DNA of 64,000 nt, from the NCBI RefSeq assembly GCF_006345805.1, contig NC_043005.1:55924001-55988000 (forward strand), given 5' to 3'. This DNA comes from Octopus sinensis (lineage: Eukaryota). Positions 12,560-24,559 of the stretch are shown piece by piece. Every line of letters begins with the position of its first letter. Positions within the stretch are counted from its first letter, which is position 1. Position numbers and translations under genes: made by a program. Under the pieces are notes generated by a model. It was given only the letters and a program-made list of their open reading frames with translations. It did no database searches and was not told the DNA's origin.

Positions 12560-12730
12560 TGTTTTAAATATTTTTTTAAAGCCAAAACAATGCAAGTTAT
12601 GAAAAATTAATAATACATGTCAATGTTTATTATTATTATCTAGTAACCTGGTAACTGTACTAATCGTCAACCTGCATTATTAATTTTTCATAACTTGCGT
12701 TAGTTTGGCTTTAGAAAAATATTTGAAACA
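12560..12730. mobile_element. Hairpin MITE (about 65-bp arms)
   Basis: tgttttaaatattttt..aaagccaaaacaatgcaagttatgaaaaattaataat is mirrored at 12662-12730. Confidence 0.75.
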
Positions 12731-12765
12731 CTAATGAAGCACACACACACAAACACACACACACA

Positions 12766-12799
<34 letters not shown>

Positions 12800-12803
<4 letters not shown>

Positions 12804-13840
12804 GGTGCATTTTAGAAGTTTTTAGACTTTTTTAAGAGAGGCAGTTATAACTGCCTAATTTTAGTATATCAATACTATGCATCTAATAACCTGACCTACC
12901 AACTTCTGTTATTCCAGACTGAAGGTGGGAGCTGTGGCAGCAGCACTTTGAATACACCCTATTAACCACTACTTGTTACAGGCGACTAGTTTGCACAATG
13001 CCTTCGAGACATGAAGACAATCTGGAAGCTTATAACACAAACATCACACAGCAAGGAGAAAGAGACAAAAATGAAATAGCAGGTGTTAAAATTCTTTTTT
13101 ATAAAAACGTTCAAAGATGTTAACTGGAGTGTGGGGTTCGAGTAAAAGTCATTCCACCTTTTCATTTATCATTACTATTCTTTTCATTCAATTTTATTTT
13201 TCCTCCACTTATGTGTTTTGTTTGTCCTTGTGTTGTCCCCTCTGTGGTTAACAAAAAAATCAAGTCATCAGGTATGTATATGAAATAAATTTTTGTGTTA
13301 AACTGGGTAAAAACTTATGAAATTCTCCACACTGCTTATGGATTAACTTGTGTGAGTTGAGCATCTGTTTTCTACAGGCACAAGAGGCTAGGCAAAGCAA
13401 GTACGTCAGAAGGCTCATTACAATCTGCATTTTAACAGGAAGGGAATCATCTCCATCGAGTAAGTTCCCTCTAGCTTGACAATCAACAAAGAGTATTTTT
13501 TGGCGATTTGGAGAGGGTTTAGGAAGAGATTTATAGCAAAAGGTTAGAGCACCTGTGTCAGGACAATGCCCCAATCCACAATTCCATCCTGGTACCCAAT
13601 TACTTAACAAAAATTGGCATCAAAACTATTCTTCACCCTTCTTGCAGTCCACATCTTGCTCCCTTTGACTTTTGGTTGTTCCACAGGCTGAATGAAAATA
13701 TGAAACAGGCTTTGACTGGAGTCATGGACAGTTTCAGATTTGAGGACTTCTATGGGGTCTTCACAAAGTGGCTGGAGCACTATACCAAGTACATCGAAAT
13801 AAGAGCATCCTTCTTTGAAGGAGATTAGAGCTTGGGGTTT
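12800..13840 (+). mobile_element. Internally deleted, decayed mariner transposon
   Basis: Fragments resembling FCVKLGK (HTH), QDNAPIHNSILV..YLTKIGIKTILHP and FTKWLEHYTKYIEIRASFFEGD* at 13255-13830, with a 5' non-coding part upstream. Confidence 0.8.
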
Positions 13841-13894
13841 CTTTGAAATTTATAAATGTTTCCTGAAAAAGCTTCAAAACTTCTAAAATACTCT

Positions 13895-13942
<48 letters not shown>

Positions 13943-13947
<5 letters not shown>

Positions 13948-14097
13948 GTTAGGAAGGGCATCCAGCTGTAGAAACATTGCCAAATTAGACTGGAGCCTGG
14001 TGCAGCCTTCTGGCTTCCCAGAACCCCGGTCGAACCGTCCAACCCATGCTAGCATGGAGAACGGACGTTAAACGACGATGATGATGATGATGATGAT
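13943..14097 (+). mobile_element. SINE family C (RTE-like 3' tail, (GAT)n end)
   Basis: ggcgttaggaagggcatccagc...ccaacccatgctagcatggagaacggacgttaaacga(tga)n. Confidence 0.85.
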
Positions 14098-14126
14098 ATA
14101 TATATATAATATGTGACAATTAGTCA

Positions 14127-14296
14127 GTTGCAATCATAAAACTCAGAGTTTCAGATGTTGGAGCAGAAGTCTGCTCTGGCATTTCGTCAGTTATTGAGAC
14201 AAACAAATATGCATATTTGTTTTTCTTAATAACTGATGAGATGCCGAAGCAGACTTCCACCCCGCCATCTGAAACTCTGAGTTTTATTATGGCAAC
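14127..14296. repeat. 170-bp loopless palindrome (foldback MITE-like)
   Basis: 85-bp arms centred on aaatatgcatattt; arms about 84% identical. Confidence 0.9.
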
Positions 14297-14398
14297 CAAC
14301 AAGCATACTATATTATAGATAAATTCCTCTATTTACACAATATCGAAGTGTCTTTCATTCTTTTGTTGTCTTATTATTATCATTAAGATATATATATA

Positions 14399-14400
14399 TT

Positions 14401-14475
<75 letters not shown>

Positions 14476-14476
14476 G

Positions 14477-14564
<88 letters not shown>

Positions 14565-14568
14565 GATA
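14399..14568. repeat. (GATA)n microsatellite
   Basis: About 40 units directly visible. Confidence 0.98.
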
Positions 14569-14619
14569 ATTCTTTTTGAGAAATGTATATCTCAAAGTAC
14601 CCACATGAAGCTATAAATA

Positions 14620-14840
14620 ATGGTTTCAAATTTTGGCACATGGTCAGCAATTTCGGGGGAGGGGCCTAGTCGATTATATTTAGCCCCCAGTGCTCAACTG
14701 GTGCTTATTTTATCGATCCCAAGGGGATGAAAGACATAGTCAACCCCATCAGAATTTGAAGTCAGAACTTAGTGATGGGCAAAATATTGCTAAGCATTTT
14801 GCTCAACATACTAACAATTCTGCCAACTCGCTGCCTTCAT
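14620..14840 (-). mobile_element. SINE family A
   Basis: Same core as 19435-19655, decayed. Confidence 0.75.
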
Positions 14841-15027
14841 AAAGCTACAAATAATATGTAAATATTGGGTTGCAAATCCTTTTGGTTAGAAAAGGCTGAA
14901 GGATACCTGTTGACTTTTTCACCTCACTAAGTCATTATTTATAGCTATAACTTTATGTGTATTCTTCAAGATATACTATTGTATGTATGTATGTATGTAT
15001 GTATGTATGTATGTATGTATGTATATA

Positions 15028-15365
15028 TAGTGAAGGCACATCGCTCAGGGGTTAGAGTGTCGAGCTTACGATCGTGAGGTTGTGAGTTCGACTTCCCGAC
15101 CAGGCTGCATGTTGTGTTCTTGAGCAAGACACTATATTTCACATTGCTCCAGTTCCCTCAGCTGTAGAAAAGAGTTGTGACATCACAAGTGCCAAGCTGT
15201 ATCTGCTGTTGCCTTTCCCTTGGATAACACTGGTGGCTTGGAGAGGGGAGGCCGGTATACGTGGGTGACTGTTGGTCTTCTATAAACAACCTTGCCCGGA
15301 CTGGTGCCTGGGAGTGTAACTTTCTGGGTGCTATCCCACGGTCAGTCATGATCGAAGGGGGTCTC
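15028..15365 (+). mobile_element. tRNA-derived CORE-type SINE (family D), near full length
   Basis: A-box-like tcgctcaggggttagag, B-box gagttcgact, CORE-like tgtgttcttgagcaagacact...ttgctccagt; flanked by (TATG)n. Confidence 0.8.
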
Positions 15366-16560
15366 AATGTATGTATGTATGTATCTTTGTGTGTGCATGT
15401 GTATGTATGTGTATGTGTGTGTGAGTGTGTGTGTGTACGTGTGTGTGAGTGTGCATACGTATATATGCATGCATATATTTATGCATATACACTTATGTAA
15501 TGTATTGTGTGTGCATAAACAAATAACCAATTACTTTAAAGCTCAATATAACATATTATATTCCAGATCTACAACTGTGGCAGCATTGCAATTGTATTCG
15601 GTTGCATTTGTTGTATAGGCTGCAATACACTAACAGAACAAAATATTTATTAGCAAAAATGCAACAGGCAAACAACATCAGTCATATTTCAAACGGTTCG
15701 TTTCCTCCAATTTTCATTTCAGTAATACAATATTGTTATGTCTATGTGCATTGTTTGCATCATTTCTCCAGGGAATTTGAAGCAGAATGAGATACAATGA
15801 ACAGATTAGGTGCAGGATTATATAACAAAGAATAAAGGTCAGTGGGTCAAGCCAGAAATTTTTGACAAGATATAAAGCACTTAATCACTTATGAGGGGGT
15901 TTAATGGTTTTTAAAGATATTATCAAGGAACAGAAAGAGTTACAAGAATAATGATGAGAGTAGCCAGAAAAATGAAATGTGAAAAGATGTCAATTATTTA
16001 TATTAACCACAAACTGTATATGCATATGAATAAAGACAGCAAATACAGGTAAAACAACATGCACACATTAGTTATTAGAGAGGGAAACAGTACTAATATT
16101 GAATAGTAATCTTTATGTTCTACTTAATGTGGATATACTTTAAGACTGCCATATCGCTATGGCAAAAGTTTTTGGAAAGCATCTCATATATGGAATATAG
16201 ACATATGTTCTATCTACCAAATTCTTTTCTGAAAGCATTGTTACTCAGGTGCAGGTCATATTCTATAACCTCAGTTTAATCAATACCCTGTGAGTAGCAT
16301 TTGGCAAATGAACTGTGATGTAGATGTGTAACAGGATGAGAGGTCTCCGCACTGGAAGGGTGCAGCTCACATCCTTTACATTAAATATCAATTGAAGGAA
16401 AGATTCAAGACTTCCAATTAACTTCAACAGTTTAAATATTTATTTCTTGATTCGCAATATATACATTATTTCTTTCTGGGCGAATCGGCAGCCTAGGAGC
16501 TTATTGCAGTAGTCAAGTGGAGTGAGCCAAATCCTGTCCATTCAAGCATAGCAGAGATAT

Positions 16561-16760
16561 GCCACAAGGTGGCAGCTTGAGAGAGCTGCTAAAACACGTC
16601 TGTCTTGTTCAGCTGCTGACATTCAAGAAAATAATATGAGAGAATTTCGCTGCTGCTAGTTTTCTGCGCATGCACATGAGGGAACTTCCGACAGGCCCAC
16701 CCCGGAAGAATCCAACTCTGCACATGTGTGCTGGAGATTTCCAAGATGGCATCACTACAT
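16561..16760. promoter_or_regulatory. Candidate promoter/insulator motif cluster (CTCF, NRF1, two ETS, YY1)
   Basis: GCCACAAGGTGGCAGC 16561-16576; TGCGCATGCACA 16665-16676; ACTTCCG 16684-16690; CCGGAAG 16702-16708; CAAGATGGC 16742-16750, in sequence not obviously repetitive. Confidence 0.45.
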
Positions 16761-17627
16761 GCACATGAGAGTGTATTTGTTTACATCGATGTAAAAGAAT
16801 GTGTTAAGTTGCTTCCTTGAGACTAAAAGGTAACATAGTCATTCAATAATTGAAGCTCAATGAAATAAGTATCAGGATTGATGTAATCACTAAAAAATAC
16901 AGTGGTCGAAAGCAGTGCTCCAGTATGGTCACAACCCAATGAAATGTGTGAAGCTTGACTGATACTTACTTTTAGCAACCCAAGAAAAATGAAGAACCGA
17001 ATTAACCTTGATGGGATTTGAATTCAGAAAACAAAGTCAAAAAATAATAAACAGGATACTTTAATCTACCATTTCTGATCATTAACCGTTAATTGATACG
17101 AGATTATAAAAATCAATGCAATTAGCATGTGACAGAATTTAGAAGAAAATGTATTTATATAGTGGAATACGGAAGAGAACCGAAATAGGAAATTGATTAT
17201 CAATATTGTGATCAATATCAGATCAGTAATTGGCTACAAAAAGTCAGTTAAAAATGAGTATTATATCAACTACTGCCTTCAAATTCTTTTCATCTCAGTT
17301 ATATAAAATTGATTTTATTTACCCATTTAATCCTCATAACTGACTCTGAGAGACATGTTATTGCCGTTGAATGAAATTCAACTGGAACTAGTTGACATGT
17401 CAGCATAAACTGTGGATGTTTATGACAATTTTATTGGTCAGTGTTTGCTATTTCTCATGTTTATATTTATTTATTTCAAAATACCAGAGTGAATATGGCT
17501 CTGATCATGATAATTTTCAGCAGAAATAGCATTTCTGGTCACTTATCAAATGTTTATCCCAAATATTTGTTATTTCTAATATATTATTTTACCAAGTGTT
17601 TCTTAATGTTATTATTTTAATTTATTA

Positions 17628-18146
17628 AAGCAGAATCATTAGCACACCAAACAAAATGCTTAGCGGTATTTCATCTGTCTTTACGCTCTGAGTTCAAATT
17701 CTGCCAAGTTCAACTTTGCCTTTCATCCTTTCAGGGGTCAATAAAATAAGTACCAGTTATGCACTGGGGTTGATGTAATTGACATAGCAGAAAGGATTAT
17801 TTTAATTCATGTTAAGGCAGAATCATTAGCATGCCAGGTAAAGTTCTTGGTGGCATTTTGCCCATCTTTACATTCTGTGTTAAAATTCCACCAAGGTCAA
17901 CCTTACCTTTCGTTCTTTCAAGGTCAATAAAATAAGTATCAATTAAGCATGGGTCAATATAATCAACTATACCTCACCCTACACATTTCAGGCCTTGTGC
18001 CTATAGCAGAAAGTATTATTCTAATTCATATTAAGGTGGCTAGCTGGCAGAATTGTTAATATGTGGGGCAAGATACTTGGCAGCACTTCTTCCAGCTTTA
18101 CATTCTGAGTTAAAGTTACCCCAAGGTCAACTTTGCCTTTCATCCT

Positions 18147-18150
<4 letters not shown>
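17628..18150 (+). mobile_element. Three tandem SINE family A copies
   Basis: gcagaatcattagca... restarts at about 17630, 17817 and 18047. Confidence 0.8.
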
Positions 18151-18178
<28 letters not shown>

Positions 18179-18570
18179 TTAACATCCATTGTCCATACTG
18201 GCATGAGTTGGACGTTTTGAATGGGCTGGAACACTGAAAGGTTGCATCAGGCTCCAGTCTGATTTGGCATAGTTTTCTACATCTGGATGCCCTTCCTAAT
18301 GCCAACCACTCCAAGGGTGCAATGGGTGTTTTTACATGCCACCAGCATGGTTGCCATTTGCATGACATCGGTATCTGTCACGACTGTGATTATGCTCAGC
18401 TAGATGGGTCTTCTTCTCAAGCGTGACATAATGCCAAAGGTCTTGGTTATTGCCTCTGTGAGGCCCAACACTCGAAAGGAACTTGGTCACTTTGCCCTCA
18501 CAGGGCCCAACACTCAAAAGGAACTCAGCTACCTGACCTCCGTGAGGCCCAACACCTGAAAGGGTTGATA
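18150..18570 (-). mobile_element. SINE family C plus 3x about 45-bp gaggcccaacactcgaaaggaact minisatellite
   Basis: (CAT)n tail, catttaacatcc...ggatgcccttcctaatgccaacc; repeated unit at 18459, 18503 and 18544. Confidence 0.75.
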
Positions 18571-18699
18571 AAATAAGTACCAGTTATGTACTGGGGTTGA
18601 TGAAATCAACTTACACCCCACTAAAACTTCAGGCCTTGTGCTTATGGTAGGAAGCATTATTTTAATTCATGTTAGTCTCCTTCTCAGTTAGAGAGGGTA

Positions 18700-19290
18700 G
18701 GTTGCAAATTTGGCTTCAGTAGAGCCCTGCTCAATTTGGACCCATCAAAGCTTTCAATTGGGTTGACTGTTACTGCCTAGGAGTTGTATGTAAGATATTG
18801 CTATACTGGAGTTCCTGTTCTTTCTTCCAGAGCCTAGATTTCTTCAATGCACAGCAGTATCTGCTTGGTTATTAGATTATACACCCACCTATTGGAACCA
18901 TTTCAGATCACACAGTTAGTCATTCAAGAGTATCCTCTTGCAACACTTTTGTATGAACTGGGTCAAGGAGTATATATTATGGTTTCATACACCATGAAGA
19001 AAAAGGAGATCAGCACCACTTTGTAGGAATATGAGACAGTGAAAGAAGCCAAAATTAGCTTGGATGATTTGGTGAGCTTGCAGCTTGGTACCTGGAGAGA
19101 CAAAACTATGCTGTTGGCCAATGTGATGAGGTGGTAGGTTATCAGACCTGTTAAGTTGTTTGGAGTTCAATTTGGTCTTGATCTCAAAGGGTATAGAAAC
19201 TAGGATGAGGTTACAAGCAGATTGACCACTCACCCACAAAAGTAGACCAAGAGGAAGCTCAGCTACAATCAAAAATACTCAAGAGTAATT
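18700..19290 (+). mobile_element. Old, heavily decayed Tx1/L1 RT fragment (same clade as the 36-40 kb element)
   Basis: Conceptual ALLNLDPSK/AFNWVD and EYETVKEAKISLDDLVSLQLGTWRDK...VKLFGVQFGLDL...RKLS align to GALINLDQSKAFDRVD and NYEAVTGAKINREKSVGLRLGTWRSK...VELLGVWFGPDL...RKLS of the young copy. Confidence 0.8.
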
Positions 19291-19434
19291 TCCTGACACC
19301 ACAATTAGCTGCTGGTGGGGGTTTGGGGTATCTTAATCATCCTGTGTAGGTTGATTGCTTTTATTTGCAAGCATGGAAAAATAGATGCTAAAACTCTTAT
19401 GATGGGAGATATATATATATAAATTTTTTTTTAC

Positions 19435-19655
19435 TACCCACAAGAGGCTAAACATAGAGAGGACAAACAAGGACAGACAGAGGTATTAAGTTGATTACAT
19501 CGACCCCAGTGCGAAATTGGTACTTTATTTATCGACCCCGAAAGGATGAAAGGCAAAGTCGACCTCGGCAGAATTTGAACTCGGAACGTAACGACAGACG
19601 AAATACGGCTACGCATTTCACCCGGCGTGCTAACGTTTCTGCCAGCTCACCGCCT
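19435..19655 (-). mobile_element. SINE family A, near-intact
   Basis: CpG-rich copy: gaaacgttagcacgccgggtgaaatgcgtagccgtatttcgtc...gagttcaaattc (B-box-like)...gtcgactttgcctttcatcctttcggggtcgataaataaagtacc. Confidence 0.9.
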
Positions 19656-20189
19656 TATAGATATATATATATAGGCAGGCAGACAGGTAGACAGATAAAT
19701 ACTCTGCATGATTCTGTAATTTCTTTTATAACATGTTTTATATTACATGTATTATGAGTCCTTAACAGCTAATAAAGAAAAAAAATCTTTTTTTTTATTC
19801 AGAAATAAAAAACAATTTTACAGTTTCTTGATTTTCACTTGTTTGCAATTAGTTTAAGAGCCTGTTTTTGTTGTGTTTTTAAATAGAAATTTGTGTTTAA
19901 TTCTGTGTTTCTTCTCTGCTTAAAGCAGAATAAGTATTTTTGCATGTTTGTCTCACTGAAGTTTTTGTTTTTGTTTTGTTTTGTTTTGTTTTTTGCTGGA
20001 AGTCATTATTTTATTTTTTTAATTCTTCTGACTTGTCTTCTATGGAGTAGCAGCAGCCTTGAAAAATGTAAACAAAGCTACTTCTCACTAAACTCAAAAT
20101 ATGGAAAAAAAAAAAAAAAAAGAAAGAATTTATATCTGAAGAAGAAAATAATTTTTATTTCCAGAAAAAAAAAATGAGAATTTTAGATA

Positions 20190-20485
20190 ATGTCACATGT
20201 AACGACTCTTTTAATGTACGTACTGACACTCCATTGGTTATGACGATGAGGGTTCTAGCTGAGCCAATCAACAGAACAGCCAGCTCATGAAATTCATGTT
20301 CAAGACATGCACACCCTTAATGTAGTTTTCAGAGAGATTCAGTGTAACACTAAATGTGACAAGGGTGGCCTGGTAGCTGAATGAACTGGAGAGATGTGAA
20401 ATAAAGGGCTTTGCTCAAGGACACAACGTGCCATCAGGAGTCAAACTCATGAGCTGAATACCCTAATCACTAAGCCATGCCCCTT
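20190..20485 (-). mobile_element. CORE-type SINE (family D-like), decayed
   Basis: Reverse complement begins gcatggcttagtgattagggtattcagctcatgagtttgactcc...gttgtgtccttgagcaaagccctttatttcacat. Confidence 0.7.
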
Positions 20486-20500
20486 CACTAATGCAAGTAC

Positions 20501-21070
20501 TATTGGGTTGTCCGGAAAGTTCATGCCAATTTTTAAAGGAAAGAAAAAAGTCAATAAATACTTGCCATTACATTTTTAATCAATCAAATATAAACCATTT
20601 TGTTGCACAATGCGTCTCCATCTTTCCGTTAACTTGAAAATACCCTCTTCCCAGAATTGAGGTGGTTTCATGGCAAAGAATTCATCAAGGTATCTTTTTA
20701 TGTCATCCAAGGAATTGAAATTTTTACCATTAAGACTATTCTGCAGAGACCTGAATAAGTGTAAATCCAAAGGAGTAATATCTGGTGAATATGGAGGGTG
20801 GGGTAACACATCCCAGCCGAGCTGCAACAATTTTTGACTGGTTCCCAAAGCATCAAGTGCCGAAAATGAACTTTCTTATCTTCCATTTTAAAGGGTTACA
20901 GAATTAACACAGGTTATAGGAACATAAATCTTCTTCCACGAAAAGATAGCTTAAACTGTGCTCTAAATGGAGGTGTAGTCAAATCCTATTTTATGGACTC
21001 AACTATGTTTTAAAATAATTCGAAAGGTAAGCTACTATAAATCGGCACGTACTTTCTGGACAACCCAAAA
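20501..21070 (-). mobile_element. Internally deleted mariner element with both TIRs (about 570 bp)
   Basis: TIR tattgggttgtccggaaagttcatgccaattt / aaatcggcacgtactttctggacaacccaa; ORF 20576-20848 QLGWDVLPHPPYSPDITPLDLHLFRSLQNSL...RWRRIVQQNGLYLID is the mariner C-terminus. Confidence 0.93.
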
Positions 21071-21239
21071 AACAAGCCATCGACAATGCTGCGAAAGTCA
21101 GGGAATATAGCTACAGCATTTAACCCTTTTACTGTAGATATTTCAGATATTTCCATTCAAAATTTCATTACCTTTCACTGCACAAAACAGTTTTATACAT
21201 CAAGCTATCTTTTATTGAGGAATGTTATGTTTGAAACTA

Positions 21240-21660
21240 ATTGGCGTGGTTGTGCAGTAAGAAGCTTGCTTCTCAATCACATGGTACTGGATTCAGTCCC
21301 ACTGCATGACCCCTTAGGCAAGGGTCTTCCACTATAACCTCAGACTGACCAAAGCCTTGTGAGTATATTTGGTAGATGGAAACTGAAAGAAACCCATTAT
21401 ATATATATATATGACCACCAATGCTGGTGTGTTTATATCCCCACAACTTAGTGGTTCAGAAAAAGAGACCGATAATATATATATATATGACCACCAATGC
21501 TGGTGTGTTTATATCCCCACAACTTAGTGGTTCAGAAAAAGAGACCGATAGAATAAGTACTAGGCTTACAAAGAATAAGCCTTGGGGGTCAATTTATTTG
21601 ACTAAAACCCTTTAAAGCATTGCTCTAGCATGGCTGCAGTCAAATGACTGAAGTAAGCAA
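21240..21660 (+). mobile_element. SINE family B with an exact 76-bp internal tandem duplication (about 21400-21550)
   Basis: atgaccaccaatgctggtgtg...gagaccgata occurs at 21411 and 21487. Confidence 0.85.
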
Positions 21661-21799
21661 AAAAAATAAAAGAATAAAAGAATATGTCAAGTTTATTGAG
21701 ACAGTGTGACTTCCAGAAAATGCCAATTCTAATTTTAATTCTAATTCTAATTTTTTTTGTGGATATTTAGCATCATTACTAGTAACATCATTATCACCT

Positions 21800-21970
21800 T
21801 TAATCCTGGCCAGATCTGGTCTCTCATACCCACCTTACAATGTCATTCTAAAAATAAACAATTACATCATCAAAATCTCAGAGCCGCCTCATAGCGCATG
21901 ATTAATTCAAAACAATGTGAATAAATAAGCATTACATTTGACAGAGTAATATGAATGATAAAGGGTTAGC
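21800..21970 (-). mobile_element. piggyBac-type MITE fragment (second copy at 22815-22970)
   Basis: Both are reverse complements of the 28545-28773 family and end in aaaggg. Confidence 0.7.
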
Positions 21971-23109
21971 ACCTGTCTTCCATGCTGGCACAGTTGGGAT
22001 GGTTAAGCAACTGGAACTGAATGGTCTTCCTTACTAAACTGATTCTTTTCCTGTTTTGGCAAGCCAGAGAGCTGTACCAAGAACCTGTATCATTTGGCTT
22101 GGTTTCTACAGCTGGGTGCCCTTCCCAACACCTACCACTTTACAGTGTGTACTTGATGCCTTTCCCAACACCTACCACCTTACAGTATGTGTTGGATGCT
22201 TTTAGCATGGTGCCAGCATGAATAAATATGAAACTTATTTTTTTAGTTAAAGGATTAAATAAAAATTATTTCAATACTGGATTTGGACATGCAATAAACA
22301 AATGAATCAGGTGGTTTTCAATATGTGTAATGATAATGCCTGGCATGTTTTAGCCTTATTAAATTTCCTCAGCAAAACATGCTCGTATCAGTACTTGCCA
22401 GATCATAAATAACTAAGATATCATATGAAGGAAGAAAAGAAATAAGAAAAAAATTGTGATCGTAGGAGATGGATTAAAAAGATTCTAATACAAATGCTGT
22501 TGGTGAGGTCAATTGAAACAATCCATGGACAGATTGAAACAATTCTTCCCAAATGATGTGCAAGAATTTATTAGCGAGCCACAGTTCTAACACTTCATGG
22601 CTGCTTTTGGGAGCTCAGAAAGAAAAAAAAATCAACATCAGCTCACTTGATTTAGATGGCATAGCTATCAGTGAGATCAGAATATTTGAAGGAGTTAAGT
22701 GACTGGGACTGAATGATCTTCCTTACAATTTATGCTGTTGCATGCTAAATCTTTCCCAGATTTTGTAGATATTTAACATCATTACTGGTATCATCATCAG
22801 TGTCATCATCCTTTATCTCTGGCCAGATCTGGTCTCTTACACCTATCTTACAATGTCATTCTAAAAATAAACAATTACATCACCAAAATCTCAACATAGC
22901 GGATGATTAATTCAAAACAATGTGAATAAATAAGCATTACATTTGACAGGGTAATCTGAAAGCTAAAGGGCAGCAGAACAAGGGAATTCCCATTTGTGTG
23001 AGTCCCAGAGATTAGGGAGGTTACGCTTTCCTAAAAGATTACTTTATTAACATATAAACAAGGATGGAACTGTGTTTTCAAGAAAATGCATATAGGTACA
23101 GGCATGGGT

Positions 23110-23260
23110 AGATGTAGGTGTGGTTGTATAGGTAGGAAACTTGCTTCCCAACTACATGGTCTTTGGTTCAGTCCCACTGCATGTCACTTTAGGTAACTGT
23201 TTTCAACTATAGTCCTGGGCAACCAGAAACTGCGCTTGATGGAAACTGTTGGTGCGTCAT
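23110..23260 (+). mobile_element. SINE family B
   Basis: ttgcttcccaactacatggtc...ggttcagtcccactgc... Confidence 0.75.
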
Positions 23261-23310
23261 CATATATATGTATATATATATGTATATATGTGTATATATA
23301 TATATATGTA

Positions 23311-23357
<47 letters not shown>

Positions 23358-23360
23358 ATA

Positions 23361-23443
<83 letters not shown>

Positions 23444-23568
23444 GTATATATACGGTTTAAGTAATTGAGATTCAAGTGAATTCTAATGAATTCACATGAA
23501 AATGGTCCTTAACTAGGATGCACCGTAAATCTATATGGTGTTAACCATACGACAAGTGGGGTGATTAC

Positions 23569-23733
23569 AATAGGAAAAAAGCAACAAGAATGGATTAAAA
23601 TCTCGGTACAGTAAATACAGATGGCTCGTACGAGCCATCTGTATTACTGCATTTTTTGTAGCTTATTAAAGATGTCCTCGTATGAAACAATTGTACCGAG
23701 ATTTTAATCCATTCTTGTTGCTTTTTTCCTATT
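23569..23733. repeat. Perfect 42-bp inverted repeat enclosing a 32-bp perfect loopless palindrome
   Basis: 23569-23610 is the exact reverse complement of 23692-23733; AATACAGATGGCTCGT|ACGAGCCATCTGTATT at 23614-23645. Confidence 0.95.
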
Positions 23734-24559
23734 TTTTTCCTATATGTATATATATATATATATATATATGCTTGTGGGTTTGCGTGTAGAGTACACATTA
23801 TGCTTTCATAAAGACAGATAGGTAGGTAGGTACATAGAAAGATAGATAGACAAACACCAGAGACACACACATATACATATATATATATATATACATATTT
23901 GCATATGCACATATGCTTATCAGTATATTCTTGGTTATTTATCCATCAGTTTATTTATGATAAAAACTACTTTGGTGATAGAATAGTTGTTGTAATATTC
24001 CAGCTTTTTCCAAACCAGCTTCAAATGGCTATTAGCAATGCAGGTGAAGTGAAACAACTATAGATAGGCATAAAAAATCAGGTCTGTTTGCTAGCAAGTT
24101 GGCTTCTCAGCTACATTTCTTCCTTAACATGTATATGTGTTATTGTGTGTGTGTGAGAGAGAGAGGGGGGAGAGACAGACAGACAGAGAAAAAGAAAGAA
24201 AGAGAAAAGGATAGAGCAAGAAAGATAGAGCCAAGCACGAGTAAGAGAGAAGATGGCTTATCAACTGGTATTTCCTTTCGTATTGAGGGCACCACCATTG
24301 CTAACCATCACTGACAGACATCTATAGATTTTTATCAAGAACTAATTCTAGAAAATTGCTCTTGTTAACTGTAGGAGAAAGGTCACTGGTAATAATGCAT
24401 TCTTATCCTTGCTTCTCTCCTGATCCAAGTGTGAAAGAGGGTTAGGAATAAAACAGTACCATATTATTGGATTGTCAGATAAATTAAGTCATTTTTGCCC
24501 TTTATTTTAATCCTCTCCAATGCTACTTGCATTAATTACAAGAATATCATCGGTACAGG

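Noticed and set aside
15028-15100. tRNA-like sequences (also at 50312)
   Set aside because: A and B boxes are present but they run into SINE bodies with no complete cloverleaf; these are SINE heads, not tRNA genes.
18440-18560. Short repeats separated by variable spacers (CRISPR-like look; also 40935-41210)
   Set aside because: Degenerate minisatellite units attached to SINE family C in a eukaryotic genome; no cas genes.
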